A DNA stretch of 52,133 nucleotides from Chloroflexota bacterium (GTDB lineage: Bacteria > Chloroflexota > Dormibacteria > CF-121), in contig VBEQ01000154.1 of assembly GCA_005881235.1 (NCBI GenBank), positions 1 through 52,133 of the forward strand, read 5' to 3'. The position numbers and the translations under genes are program-made. The notes below the pieces were generated by a model. The model did not search any database. It saw only the letters and a program-made list of their open reading frames with translations, and had not been told where the DNA came from. Each line of letters begins with the position of its first letter. The first letter of the stretch is position 1. Positions 42,801 to 52,095 of this stretch are shown here, piece after piece.

Positions 42801-45065
42801 TCAGGCAGCGGTGCTGAGGTCGATGACTTCGGGAACCGCCCGCTGGGGGATCGTGAAGGTAAACGTGCTGCCCTGGCCGGGCGTGCTCTTCACCCAGATC
42901 CGTCCGCCATGCATCTCCACCAACCGGCGGGAGATCGCCAGGCCCAACCCGGTGCCCTGGTACTTGCCGCTGATCCCGCTCTGACCCTGCTGAAAACTTT
43001 CGAAGATCCGCTCGGCGTCGTCGAACGGCACACCGATGCCGGTATCGCGGACGCTGATCAACAACTCCGCACCCTGGCGCTCGGCCGTGACACGCACGCT
43101 GCCCGTCTCCGTGAACTTGATGGCGTTGCCCAGCAAGTTCAGGAGGACCTGCTTGAGCTTGGGGCCATCCGCAAAGACGCGGCCGACCTCGGCGGAGACG
43201 GTGGCGCTCAGTTCGAGCTTCTTGTTCTTGGCCAGCGAGCTGACACTCTCCACGCACTCTGAAATTAGTGGCTCGACCTCGACCTCGCCGCGGTGGAGCT
43301 GCGCTTTTCCCGCCTCGAGCTTGGAGATATCCAGGAGATCGTTGATCAGAACCAGCAGGTGCTGTCCGTTCTGGCCAATGATGTCCACGTCCTGGCGCTG
43401 GTCGGGGGTCAAGATGCCGCCGTCGCCCTCGAGCAGCAACTGGGAGAAGCCGAGGATCGAGTTGAGCGGTGTGCGCAGCTCGTGGCTCATGTTCGCCAGG
43501 AATTCCGCCTTGTGCTGGTTGGCGCGTTCAAGTTCGGCGTTGACCGCCCCCAGACGCGCCGTCTGCTCGGTGGCGAGGTGGAACAGGTGCGCTTCCTGGA
43601 TGGCCGTCGCGGCGTGCTGCGCGAAGAGCGTGAGGAGCTCGATGGTGTTGCGATCCAGCGGGCGGCGGTGGTAGATGGCGAGCACGCCCAGCAACTGCTC
43701 ACCGACCACCATGGGGAAGCCGGCAAAGGCGTGGATGCCTTCTTCCGACATCCAGGGATTGAGCGAGAGCTGGCGGCGGTTGGCCGGATCGTTGGTAACG
43801 ATCGGCACGCGCAGCTCGGCCACCTGGCCGATCTCCCCCATGCCGCGCTCCACCCGTCCGGGAACCGGCGGCGCGTTGCGCGTCGTGTGATGACCGGCCC
43901 GCCGCCAGAGCGCGCCGTCGCTCTGCTCCAGCAGCCAGATCTGGGCTGCCGCGAAACCGAGGTTGCCGGTCAGCGCGGTGGCCATGATATCGAGCAGCTC
44001 CGGCTCGAAAAGTTTCTGGTTCATCTGGTCGATCGATCGGTTGAGCAGCTCCAGGCGGCGGGCGCGCTTCTCCGTCTCTTCGAACAGGCGCACGTTGCGC
44101 AGCGCTACCGCCAATTGCTGCGCGAGGACCTCCAGCGCCTCCTTCTCCCAGCGCGTGAGACGCCGCTCGGTTTCACGCGTCTGCAGATGCAGCACGCCGG
44201 AGACCTTGCCTTCGAGCAGTACCGGGGTACCGAAGACCCAGGAGTAGCCGGCGTTATTGAGCGCCGGCAGGTCGAAGAGTGGCGACTCGTCCAGCGTCAC
44301 GAAGCCCCGCTCCCGGACCACCCGTCCCACGATCCCGTCGCCCGCCGAGATCGCCGTGCCTTCGATCGCTTCCGGGAGATGAACCGCCGCACGGAGCGTA
44401 AAGACTCCACGGTCTTCGTCGAGCAGAACAATCGCCCCCGAGTCCATTTGCAGAATTTCGAGTCCGCAACGGATGACCGTATAGAGCATGCGCGACACGT
44501 CGAGCTGGCCGACCAGCTCGCCCAGCACGTTGCGCAACTGCTCGGTCTGATCGAGCCGCCGCCGGGTCCCACGAATCTCGGTATTCATCGCCCGCACGGC
44601 GGCGCCCAATCCGGTGATGACGGCCACGGTCGGGATCGCCCGCAGGATCGAGTCCCGCACCGAGATGGCGAGGCCCAGATCGCTGGTCTGGAAGAGAACG
44701 ATGCCGACCGTGAAGAAGAGGCTGGTCCCGATTCCGCCCCAGAGGTCGAAGCGGAAGACGGCTTCGGCGGCGACCAGCGCGTAGAGCAGGTAAGGAAGGC
44801 TGGACGACGGCGTCGCGAACAAGAGGATCCAGCCGCTGACGACCAGGTGATCCAGCACCAGCAGCAGGACGGCCATCGGCCGTGTGAAGCGTGGAACAGA
44901 TTTCTTCCGAATGGCAAGTGTCGCCACCCCGTTGTAGGCCGCGAGCAACCCGGCAAGCAGGATGGTGACCGGCGCCGAGGCCGAATTGAGCCAGAAGAGC
45001 AGGCCGATTGGGATGGCGAGGGCGCCGAAGCGGAGCCGGACGAACTGGCGGTCGAGGGCAGTCAT
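42801..45065 (-). CDS. Membrane sensor histidine kinase (multi-TM N-terminus, two GAF domains, HisKA, HATPase_c)
   Basis: About 6 TM helices in the first 170 aa and GAF-like regions. H-box [22 protein letters not shown]-box [12 protein letters not shown] and G-box [21 protein letters not shown]. Confidence 0.9.
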   Translation of the reverse strand: MTALDRQFVRLRFGALAIPIGLLFWLNSASAPVTILLAGLLAAYNGVATLAIRKKSVPRFTRPMAVLLLVLDHLVVSGWILLFATPSSSLPYLLYALVAAEAVFRFDLWGGIGTSLFFTVGIVLFQTSDLGLAISVRDSILRAIPTVAVITGLGAAVRAMNTEIRGTRRRLDQTEQLRNVLGELVGQLDVSRMLYTVIRCGLEILQMDSGAIVLLDEDRGVFTLRAAVHLPEAIEGTAISAGDGIVGRVVRERGFVTLDESPLFDLPALNNAGYSWVFGTPVLLEGKVSGVLHLQTRETERRLTRWEKEALEVLAQQLAVALRNVRLFEETEKRARRLELLNRSIDQMNQKLFEPELLDIMATALTGNLGFAAAQIWLLEQSDGALWRRAGHHTTRNAPPVPGRVERGMGEIGQVAELRVPIVTNDPANRRQLSLNPWMSEEGIHAFAGFPMVVGEQLLGVLAIYHRRPLDRNTIELLTLFAQHAATAIQEAHLFHLATEQTARLGAVNAELERANQHKAEFLANMSHELRTPLNSILGFSQLLLEGDGGILTPDQRQDVDIIGQNGQHLLVLINDLLDISKLEAGKAQLHRGEVEVEPLISECVESVSSLAKNKKLELSATVSAEVGRVFADGPKLKQVLLNLLGNAIKFTETGSVRVTAERQGAELLISVRDTGIGVPFDDAERIFESFQQGQSGISGKYQGTGLGLAISRRLVEMHGGRIWVKSTPGQGSTFTFTIPQRAVPEVIDLSTAA

Positions 45066-45080
45066 GCCAGCCCTTTAGTC

Positions 45081-47672
45081 CTAAGCGGCCTGGCTGGTTT
45101 GAAGGTTGTTGATCATCTCCAGGAAGCGGTCTTTGCCGAAGTCCCCTTTCTGGATGATCGACTGGATGTTGCCCTGCAGACGCTCCCGATCTTCGCTGCT
45201 GATGTTTTTCGCCGTATAGATAAGGATGGGGATCTGGCTCGCCGCGGGGTCCTCCCGCAGCTTGGAGACGACCTCAAAGCCGTCGACGTCGGGCATCATC
45301 AGGTCGAGGATGATCATGTCGGGCTTCTTCTTGAGGGCCAGTTCCAGGCCCGCCTTGCCGCCATCGGCGACCATGATCTCCATGTTGAACGGCTTCAGCA
45401 TGGCCTTGACCAGCCGGATGTTCTGCGGGTCGTCGTCCACGATCAGAATCGACGACGGCGTCTTCTTGCCCTTCTTACCGTCGGCCAACAGGTCGAACTT
45501 CACCATCATCTGGAGCAACTGCTGCCGGTCGATTGGCTTGGTGAGGAAATCGGCCTGACCGATATCGAACGGCAGTGATTCCTTGTTGACCTTGGAGGTC
45601 AGCACGATCGGGATGTCTTTCGTCTTCGATTCGCGGCGCAGGTCGTAGACGAGGCCACTGCCGCCGTTGGGCGGGAGCTGGGTGTCGATCAGGACGGCGA
45701 GCGGCTGGAGCTGTACCGCTTTGCGCAACGCCTCCTGGGCGCTGGCGGCGATCACCACCTCGTAGCCCGCATGGCTGAGGAAGGGCTCGATGCGCTCCTT
45801 GACCGCCGGGTCATTGTCGGCGACGAGGATCACCGGCGCTTTGGTCCCGGCGCCCACCGGCGGCATGATCTGCACCGGCCGCTCCTGGATGCCGGCTTCC
45901 TGCTTGGCGAACTCGATCAGCTCGCGGATGTGCTCCACCAGCCGCTTGCCGCTTTCGTTGATATGGGCGACAAACTCGCGCCGCTCTTCGGGCGTCGTCT
46001 TGTTCGCCTTCTCGTCGAGCAGGATCTCGGAGAAGCCGATGATCGCGTTGAGCGGTGAGTTGAGGTCGTGGCTCTGGTCGTAGATGACGCGGAACTTGGC
46101 TTCGAAGTCGCGCTTGGCCTGGCTCAGTGCCGGCGCCGCGTCCTTGTTCTTGCCGCTGGCACTCAACTCCACCTTGAGGCCCTCCAGCTGCGCCTGCATG
46201 GCGCGCTTCTCCGCTTCATAGCGCGCCAGCACCTGGCTCGTCGGCGGGCCGCTGCCGGCCGCCTTGCGCGCCTCCTCGAGCTGCACCTTGAGAGAGGCCT
46301 TCTCCCGCTGCCACGCCAGCTCCAGCTCCTTGGTCTCGCCGGCGCGCCGGCTGTGGAGCTCGTTGGTCTCCGACATCATGTCGGAGAGCTGGGCCTGGAT
46401 CCGCTCCAGGTCGACCTTGAGCTGGTTCTTCTCGGCCGTGAGCCGCTGCTCGCGGCCGGTCCATTCCTGGGCTTTGCGGCCGCTCTCGCCGGCGAGGTCG
46501 GCGTGCAGCGCTTTGATCTTTTCGTAGTCCTGCTGGGTCGCGGCCAGGCGGGCCGACGATTCGGCGGCCTGCTTCTTGAGGGTCGCCTTCTCCTCGGCGA
46601 AAGACGCCTCGCGGCTTTGCCAGTCCTTCTCCAGCGCCTTGACTTTGGTCAGGAGCGCCGAGCGCTCGTCACTCAGCCGCTGGAACTCAGCCTCGGCCTT
46701 GTCGAGGTCGGCCCCCTTCCTGCGCGCCTCTTCCAATTGCGTCTGGAGCAGCTTGCGATCGGCTTTGTACTGGCCTTCAGCGGCCTGCGCGCCCTGCTCC
46801 AGCCGGGCGACATCCGCGATCAGCCGCTGCCGCTCGGCCTGCCACTTCTCGCGGGCGGCCTTGAGTGGCTCGACCTCGCCCTGGACGGCCTTCAACTGCT
46901 CCTGCAACTGCGACGTCAGGCTCTGCAGCCGCGCCTTCTCCTGGGTGAGCTCGACCCGCGACTTCTGCCATTCCTGCTCCAGCTGCGCCTGCTTGGCGAC
47001 CGCGGTGTCGCGATCCTTCAGTAAGGTCTCGCGATCGACGGCCCACTGGAGCTGCGCCGTCTGCAGGTTGTTGAGGTCGTCCTCCGCGGTCTTGAGGTCG
47101 CTGCGCAGCTTCTTCTGGTCCGCTTCATACTTCTGCGCGAGCTGGATCCGTTCCTGCTCGAGCTGCCGGAGCTGTCCGCGGCGCTCCTCATCGCGGGTCT
47201 TGGCGCGAGCGACGTCATCCCTGAGGCGAGCCAGTTCAACCTGGGACCGATCGTGGCCCTGCTGAAGATCCAGGTGACCCTGCTTGAGCGACTCGTGCTG
47301 GTCGAGCAGCGCCTGCCGCTCCATCGCGTGCTCACCGTCACGCGCCTTGGCACGGGCGAGCTCATCCTTGACGCGACCGAGGTCCACCTGGGCCCGGTCG
47401 TGGGTCTGCTGCAGACTCGCCTGGCCCTTCTTGAGCGATTCGTGCTGCTCGAGCAGGGCTTGCCGGTCCATGGCCCATTGCAGCTGGGCGTTCTGCAGCT
47501 CGTCGAGCTCCTCTTGTTTGGCCTCGAGCTGCTGCTTGACCAGCGCCAGTTCCCTGCCGGTCTGGGCAAGCTGCGCGCCCATGTCGTCCTGCAGCGTCTG
47601 GAGGTGCGCGACGAATTCCTGGTTCTGCTGCAGGATGTCGGCGAACGACTTCGCCTTGGGGGCCTCGGGCAT
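45081..47672 (-). CDS. Coiled-coil (about 500 aa) plus DHp/HisKA-only module plus two receiver domains; no ATPase (CA) domain
   Basis: Residues 1-520 are heptad-like and rich in Gln/Glu/Leu/Ala/Lys/Arg, with internal repeats. The H-box YDQSHDLNSPLNAIIGFSEILL has His535 at 46070-46068, and the second DHp helix is EFVAHINESGKRLVEHIRELIEFAK. REC-A follows directly (VILVADND...VLIDTQLP...VLTSK...FLTKP), then REC-B (ILIVDDD...IILDLMMPDVDG...IYTAK...QKG). I see no N/G1/F/G2 boxes. Confidence 0.85.
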   Translation of the reverse strand: MPEAPKAKSFADILQQNQEFVAHLQTLQDDMGAQLAQTGRELALVKQQLEAKQEELDELQNAQLQWAMDRQALLEQHESLKKGQASLQQTHDRAQVDLGRVKDELARAKARDGEHAMERQALLDQHESLKQGHLDLQQGHDRSQVELARLRDDVARAKTRDEERRGQLRQLEQERIQLAQKYEADQKKLRSDLKTAEDDLNNLQTAQLQWAVDRETLLKDRDTAVAKQAQLEQEWQKSRVELTQEKARLQSLTSQLQEQLKAVQGEVEPLKAAREKWQAERQRLIADVARLEQGAQAAEGQYKADRKLLQTQLEEARRKGADLDKAEAEFQRLSDERSALLTKVKALEKDWQSREASFAEEKATLKKQAAESSARLAATQQDYEKIKALHADLAGESGRKAQEWTGREQRLTAEKNQLKVDLERIQAQLSDMMSETNELHSRRAGETKELELAWQREKASLKVQLEEARKAAGSGPPTSQVLARYEAEKRAMQAQLEGLKVELSASGKNKDAAPALSQAKRDFEAKFRVIYDQSHDLNSPLNAIIGFSEILLDEKANKTTPEERREFVAHINESGKRLVEHIRELIEFAKQEAGIQERPVQIMPPVGAGTKAPVILVADNDPAVKERIEPFLSHAGYEVVIAASAQEALRKAVQLQPLAVLIDTQLPPNGGSGLVYDLRRESKTKDIPIVLTSKVNKESLPFDIGQADFLTKPIDRQQLLQMMVKFDLLADGKKGKKTPSSILIVDDDPQNIRLVKAMLKPFNMEIMVADGGKAGLELALKKKPDMIILDLMMPDVDGFEVVSKLREDPAASQIPILIYTAKNISSEDRERLQGNIQSIIQKGDFGKDRFLEMINNLQTSQAA
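47175..47468 (-). repeat. Tandem 147-nt (49-aa) coding repeat in the coiled-coil gene
   Basis: Residues 69-117 read DRQALLEQHESLKKGQASLQQTHDRAQVDLGRVKDELARAKARDGEHAM. Residues 118-166 read ERQALLDQHESLKQGHLDLQQGHDRSQVELARLRDDVARAKTRDEERRG. A third, degenerate copy follows AQLQWAVDRETLL at residue 206. Confidence 0.8.
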
Positions 47673-48040
47673 CAGGCCGCCCTCCGTCCTTGCTGCATGT
47701 AACGCTCGACCGCCGACCGCATGGCGTCGAGGTGCGCACTCATGGCGCCCAGCTGGTCGACGCGCTCCTGTTCCAGCTGACTGAGCTCTTCCGCGCGGTC
47801 GGCTTCCCGTTCGATCGACTGGCGGAGCTCGCGCTCCAGCCGGGCAATCTCGGCTTGCGCCATCTCGTAGGCATTTTTCGTGTCGAGAAGGTCCTTCTTG
47901 CGCGCCTCATCCTCATCGATCAGCCCCTGCAGATTCTTGAACAGCTCCTGGTTGAGCTGCAGGATCTCCGGGTAGGAGCGGCTCGCTTTGGACGCCGCCT
48001 CATCGGTTCGGACTGGCTTGCCTGGCTGTTCGCTCATCAC
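47672..48040 (-). CDS. 122-aa coiled-coil protein, paralogous at its N-terminus to the 863-aa protein
   Basis: SRSYPEILQLNQELFKNLQGLIDEDE aligns with KSFADILQQNQEFVAHLQTLQDDM of the next gene. The rest is predicted helical. It is overlap-coupled on both sides (GTGA at 48037-40, TGATG at 47670-74). Confidence 0.55.
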   Translation of the reverse strand: MMSEQPGKPVRTDEAASKASRSYPEILQLNQELFKNLQGLIDEDEARKKDLLDTKNAYEMAQAEIARLERELRQSIEREADRAEELSQLEQERVDQLGAMSAHLDAMRSAVERYMQQGRRAA

Positions 48041-48426
48041 GCCGTCTTCAGCCGCCCCTGCTGCAGGTAGCGGGCGACCTCCCCGGGCAGGCCTTGCGGA
48101 TCAACCGGCTTGGGAATGTAGCCGTCGCAACCAGCGCCCAGGATCTTCTCCCGGTCTCCGGCCATCGCGTGGGCGGTGAGGGCGACGACGACGACGCCCG
48201 CCATCCGGGCATCGGAACGGATCTTGCGGGTGATCGCCAGCCCATCTTCCCCCGGCAGCTGGATGTCCATCAGGACGATGTCGGGCAGCTCGCGCGTCAT
48301 CTCCGCCAGGCACTCGGCGCCGCTCCCCGCTTTGCGCACGGTGAAGCCTTTCTTCTCCAGGAGGAACTGGGCCAACCGGAGGTTGACCGGGTTATCTTCG
48401 ACGATCAATACCTTGCCGGCGGTCAC
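48037..48426 (-). CDS. Single-domain CheY-like response regulator
   Basis: From GTG 48426 (TTG 48408 is an alternative): KVLIVEDNPVNLRLAQFLLEKKGF...IVLMDIQLPGEDG...VVALTAHAMAGD...GCDGYIPKP has all canonical receiver residues. The rest of the 273-aa track ORF is a shadow of the upstream kinase. Confidence 0.85.
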   Translation of the reverse strand: MTAGKVLIVEDNPVNLRLAQFLLEKKGFTVRKAGSGAECLAEMTRELPDIVLMDIQLPGEDGLAITRKIRSDARMAGVVVVALTAHAMAGDREKILGAGCDGYIPKPVDPQGLPGEVARYLQQGRLKTA

Positions 48427-50821
48427 GCCCTGTTCTCCTTCGCCTCTGCACGATGTCCAAAGCCTTGATGGCGCGCAATACGACATCTGGCTCGGAGAGG
48501 CCAGAGGGTATAACGGCGCTCCATGCCGTCGCTGGCACCCTCGGTGAAACTTCACCCAGGGCCAGCAGGGCCGGCTGGCCGGGGAGGCCGCGGAGCCCGA
48601 CCACCCATTCCGGCTCGGCAGGCGCCAGCACGACCACGTCCGGGGCGGCCGCGCGGGCCTTCTCCAGGGCCTCCTGCAGCCCGGGCGCCCGGAAGACCTC
48701 GAAGCCCTCCTCGACCAGGGTGGCGGCCAGCGTCGCCAGCGCCCGCCGGTCGCGATGGACCAGCAGGACGCGGACCCGATCGCGCCGGCGGTTGATCCCC
48801 TGGCCGATTCGGCGCAATTCGTCCTGCATCGTTTTCGTAGCCCACGGCTTGGCGACATACCCGGCGACGCCGAACTGGTCCATCAGCGACTGATTGCGCG
48901 TCACCGAGCAGACCAGCACCGGGACGTCCGCGGTGGCAGCCCGGGCCCGCAACTCCTGGAGGACCTGCCAGCCATCCTTAACCGGAAGGACGGTCTCCAT
49001 CACCAGGAGGTCGGGCAAAATTTCCATCGCCTTGCGCACCGCCTGCTCGCCATCGGAGGCATGGGCGACCCGGAACCCCACGCCCTGGATCTCCGCCGTC
49101 ATCCGCTGGCTGCTCGCGGGATCGTCCTCGATCACCAGCGCCAGCGGGAGTTCCATGGTCTCCAGCGTCGGCGCCGCCTCCTCCACCGGTGACACGGCCG
49201 CCGGCCTGGGCTCGCGGGGAATGGTGAAGGTGAAAATCGAGCCTTTGCCGAATTGGCTCTCCGCCCAGATCCGGCCGCCGTGCATCTCGACGAAGCGGCG
49301 GCAGAGGGCCAGGCCCAGGCCGGTCCCCTGGTAGCGTCGGGTGTAGGAGCCGTCGATCTGCTCGAACTCGCGGAACAGCTTGGGCAAGTCTTCCGGCTTC
49401 ATCCCGATGCCGGTGTCCTCGACGGAGACCGTCAGCTGCTCCGGCGAATCCTTAACCGACACCGTGATCGTCCCGGGCGCCGGTGTGAACTTCACGGCGT
49501 TCGAGAGGAGGTTGTACAGCACCTGCTTGAACTTGCTGCGGTCGGCTTTGATGACCCCGGCGTCGACCGCGCCCACCGTCCGCAGCTGCAGGCCTTGCTG
49601 GCGGGCCATGGGATCGAGGATGGCGGTGATCTCCTGGAGCGCCGCCATCACCGGCATCTCCTCCGGGTGGAGGTCCATTTTGCCCGCCTCGATCTTCGCC
49701 AGGTCGAGGATGTCGTTGATCAGGCCGAGCAGGTGCTGCCCGCTGCTGTGGATGTTGCGCAGGAACTCGGTGCGCTCGCCTGCCGTCAGGTTCATGGTCA
49801 GGTCCAGCAGGATCTCGCTGAAACCCATGATGGCGTTGAGTGGCGTGCGCAGCTCGTGCGACATGTTCGCGAGGAATTCCGACTTGTACCGGCTGGACTG
49901 TTCGAGCTGGCGGTTGACCTGCAGGATCTCCTCGTCCGCGCGCCGCAGCGCCGCGTGCTGGCGCATCAAGTAGCGGTTCGAATCCTTCAGCCGCGCGACC
50001 AGGCTCTGCCGCTCCGCTCGCAGCCGCTGCTTCTCCAGGTTGCGTTCCAGGAGCTCCCGGAGCCGATGCAGGTCGATCGGTTTGGCGATGTAGTCGTCGG
50101 CGCCGCCACGCAGCGCCTCCGCCGCGACCTGCTCCGAGCCGTAGGCGGTCATCATCACGACCACGGATTCGGGAAAATCGCGGAGCATCTGGGGTAGGAG
50201 GCTCAAGCCGCTCTCCTCCGGCATCTGCACGTCGAGGAAGATCAGGGCCGGGCGGCGACCGTCGAGTTGCCGGCGGGCCTGGGTCGCGTTGGGGGCCGTC
50301 ACGACGTCGAAGCCCTGTCTTTGGACCGCCTTGGTGAGGAACGCCCGGTTGTCAGGATCGTCATCGATGGCGAGCAAGACCGGCCGTTCCTCCTGTTCCG
50401 GCTCCGCTCCAAGCAGCCCGCGCACCGCCTGGACCAGGTCCTGGTCTGAGCCCAGCTCGCGGCCGGAGCCCGTCGACAGCGGCCCCAGGTCGGTCAGGAA
50501 GCGGTCCGCACCCGCGGCCAGGGCCCGCTTGCCTTCGTCGGCATCCACGTGCACTCCGGCCATGAGCAGCACCGGGATGTTCGTCGTCGCCGGGTTGCTC
50601 TTCAGGATCTCGCAGACGCGAAGTCCGTCGATGCGGCGGAGCAGAAGGTTGAGGATGATGGCGTCCGGCACGTCCTCACGGGCCCGGTCCAGCGCCTCGA
50701 GCCCGTCCTGCGCCGAGAGGACGTCGAACCCCTCGCGCTGAAGTCGCCCGACGAGCGCCTGCAAGCGCTCGGGATCGTCGTCGGCGACGAGAATCCGCCG
50801 GGTGCTGCTCAGCTCGCTCAT
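48392..50821 (-). CDS. Hybrid histidine kinase: pseudo-REC, REC, HisKA, HATPase_c, REC(D->E), degenerate REC
   Basis: REC1 has ILNLLL (N58 at the phospho-acceptor position). REC2 has FLDVQMP (D197), MMTAYG and IAKP. H-box [22 protein letters not shown] (H322). N-box NLLSNAVKFT and G-box [24 protein letters not shown]3 has LLVMETVLPVKDG (E609). REC4-like has VVVLAPAEP (A733). Arg-rich tail RRRRTGRDRRQGIDRRR. Confidence 0.9.
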   Translation of the reverse strand: MSELSSTRRILVADDDPERLQALVGRLQREGFDVLSAQDGLEALDRAREDVPDAIILNLLLRRIDGLRVCEILKSNPATTNIPVLLMAGVHVDADEGKRALAAGADRFLTDLGPLSTGSGRELGSDQDLVQAVRGLLGAEPEQEERPVLLAIDDDPDNRAFLTKAVQRQGFDVVTAPNATQARRQLDGRRPALIFLDVQMPEESGLSLLPQMLRDFPESVVVMMTAYGSEQVAAEALRGGADDYIAKPIDLHRLRELLERNLEKQRLRAERQSLVARLKDSNRYLMRQHAALRRADEEILQVNRQLEQSSRYKSEFLANMSHELRTPLNAIMGFSEILLDLTMNLTAGERTEFLRNIHSSGQHLLGLINDILDLAKIEAGKMDLHPEEMPVMAALQEITAILDPMARQQGLQLRTVGAVDAGVIKADRSKFKQVLYNLLSNAVKFTPAPGTITVSVKDSPEQLTVSVEDTGIGMKPEDLPKLFREFEQIDGSYTRRYQGTGLGLALCRRFVEMHGGRIWAESQFGKGSIFTFTIPREPRPAAVSPVEEAAPTLETMELPLALVIEDDPASSQRMTAEIQGVGFRVAHASDGEQAVRKAMEILPDLLVMETVLPVKDGWQVLQELRARAATADVPVLVCSVTRNQSLMDQFGVAGYVAKPWATKTMQDELRRIGQGINRRRDRVRVLLVHRDRRALATLAATLVEEGFEVFRAPGLQEALEKARAAAPDVVVLAPAEPEWVVGLRGLPGQPALLALGEVSPRVPATAWSAVIPSGLSEPDVVLRAIKALDIVQRRRRTGRDRRQGIDRRR

Positions 50822-52095
50822 CCGGCCCTCCGAAGGGGGGCGCGCCCGGCCGGTTCGTGGAGGGCGACCAGCGGCCGCCGCGGGATCAGGAAGCGGAAGG
50901 CACTGCCTCGACCGGGGACACTCTCCACCCAGATCTGGCCACCCTGCAGTTCCACCAGCCGCTTGGAGAGCGCCAGGCCGAGCCCGATGCCCTCGTACCC
51001 GCGCGAGGTGGAGCCGTCGACCTGGCGAAATTCCTCGAAGAGGCGTGGCTGATCTTCCGGTTTGATGCCGATACCCGTGTCCCGGACCTCGACCACCGTT
51101 CCGGTGGGGCTCTCTATCGCGCTGATCGTGACGCTGCCATGGTGCGAGGTGAATTTCACCGCGTTGTTGACCAGGTTGTGGACGATGTGGCGGAGGCTTC
51201 GCGCATCGAAGACCACCTGCAGGGTGCGGTCCACCTGCGAAGTGACCGTCAGCTCCTTCTGACTCGCCGCCGCCGCGTTCTCCGACAGCGCGGCGTCCAC
51301 GGCGTCGGCCACCAGGCAGGGCGCCGGATGGAGCTCGAGCCGGCCGGCCTGGATATGGGTCAGGTCGAGGATGTCATTGATCAGGGTGAGAAGCTGGCGG
51401 CCACTGTTGTGGATCGTCTCGGCAAATTCGGCGCGTTCCGCCTCCGACAGCTCCGGGGTCGTCTGGATGATCTCCGAGAAGCCGATGATCGCGTTCAGCG
51501 GTGTGCGCAGCTCGTGCGACATGTTGGTGAGGAACTCCGACTTCATCCGGTCGGCTTCCTGCAACTCGAGGTTGGCGCGCTGCAACATCTCGATGGTCTG
51601 CCGCTCCCGCTGGAATCGCCGCGCATTGTCGAGGGCAACCGCGGCCTGGTTGGCGAGGATCTGCAGGACCTGCATCAGGGTCGGATCGAAGGCGCGGACG
51701 TCGTGGAAGTAGACCGATACCGTGCCGACGAACTCCCGCTCGAGGAACATCGGCAGACCCAGCGCCGCCCGCCAGCCGTACTGCTGGGCCAGTGGATCGA
51801 GCGGGAATCGGCCGTCGAGTTGAATGTCCTCGGAGAAGACTGGACGCTGCTCGATGACGACCTGGGTGATGAGACCCGGCGCGAGGCGAGCCAGCTTGTC
51901 TTGGGGGACGCGCGGCTGCACGCCGTCCCTCACCTCAACGGCCTGTTCGGCGGGGTTGCCGGACTGGGTCAGGGTGATGAGGCAGGAGGCGGCGCCCGAG
52001 ACGCCGATCAACGCCTGGGCGACGCCTTGCAGCAGCGCGGTCGGCCCGACCGTGGTCGCGGTCAGCGCCTGGGACACCTGGCGGAGCATCTCCAT
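50818..52095 (-). CDS. Cytoplasmic GAF-domain histidine kinase (possibly 5'-truncated by the window edge)
   Basis: GAF-like N-terminal half. H-box [22 protein letters not shown]-box NLVNNAVKFT and G-box GIGLGLALSKRLVELQGGQIW. The frame remains open upstream of ATG 52095 to the end of the window (..QTRQQALRLDAS), so the true start may lie outside. ATGA overlap with the next gene. Confidence 0.88.
   Translation of the reverse strand: MEMLRQVSQALTATTVGPTALLQGVAQALIGVSGAASCLITLTQSGNPAEQAVEVRDGVQPRVPQDKLARLAPGLITQVVIEQRPVFSEDIQLDGRFPLDPLAQQYGWRAALGLPMFLEREFVGTVSVYFHDVRAFDPTLMQVLQILANQAAVALDNARRFQRERQTIEMLQRANLELQEADRMKSEFLTNMSHELRTPLNAIIGFSEIIQTTPELSEAERAEFAETIHNSGRQLLTLINDILDLTHIQAGRLELHPAPCLVADAVDAALSENAAAASQKELTVTSQVDRTLQVVFDARSLRHIVHNLVNNAVKFTSHHGSVTISAIESPTGTVVEVRDTGIGIKPEDQPRLFEEFRQVDGSTSRGYEGIGLGLALSKRLVELQGGQIWVESVPGRGSAFRFLIPRRPLVALHEPAGRAPLRRAG

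Noticed and set aside
43293-45578. 761-aa plus-strand ORF spanning the junction of two signalling genes.
   Set aside because: It is antisense to the membrane GAF kinase and the 3' end of the coiled-coil/receiver gene, and it crosses their intergenic gap. The composition is typical of a shadow frame.
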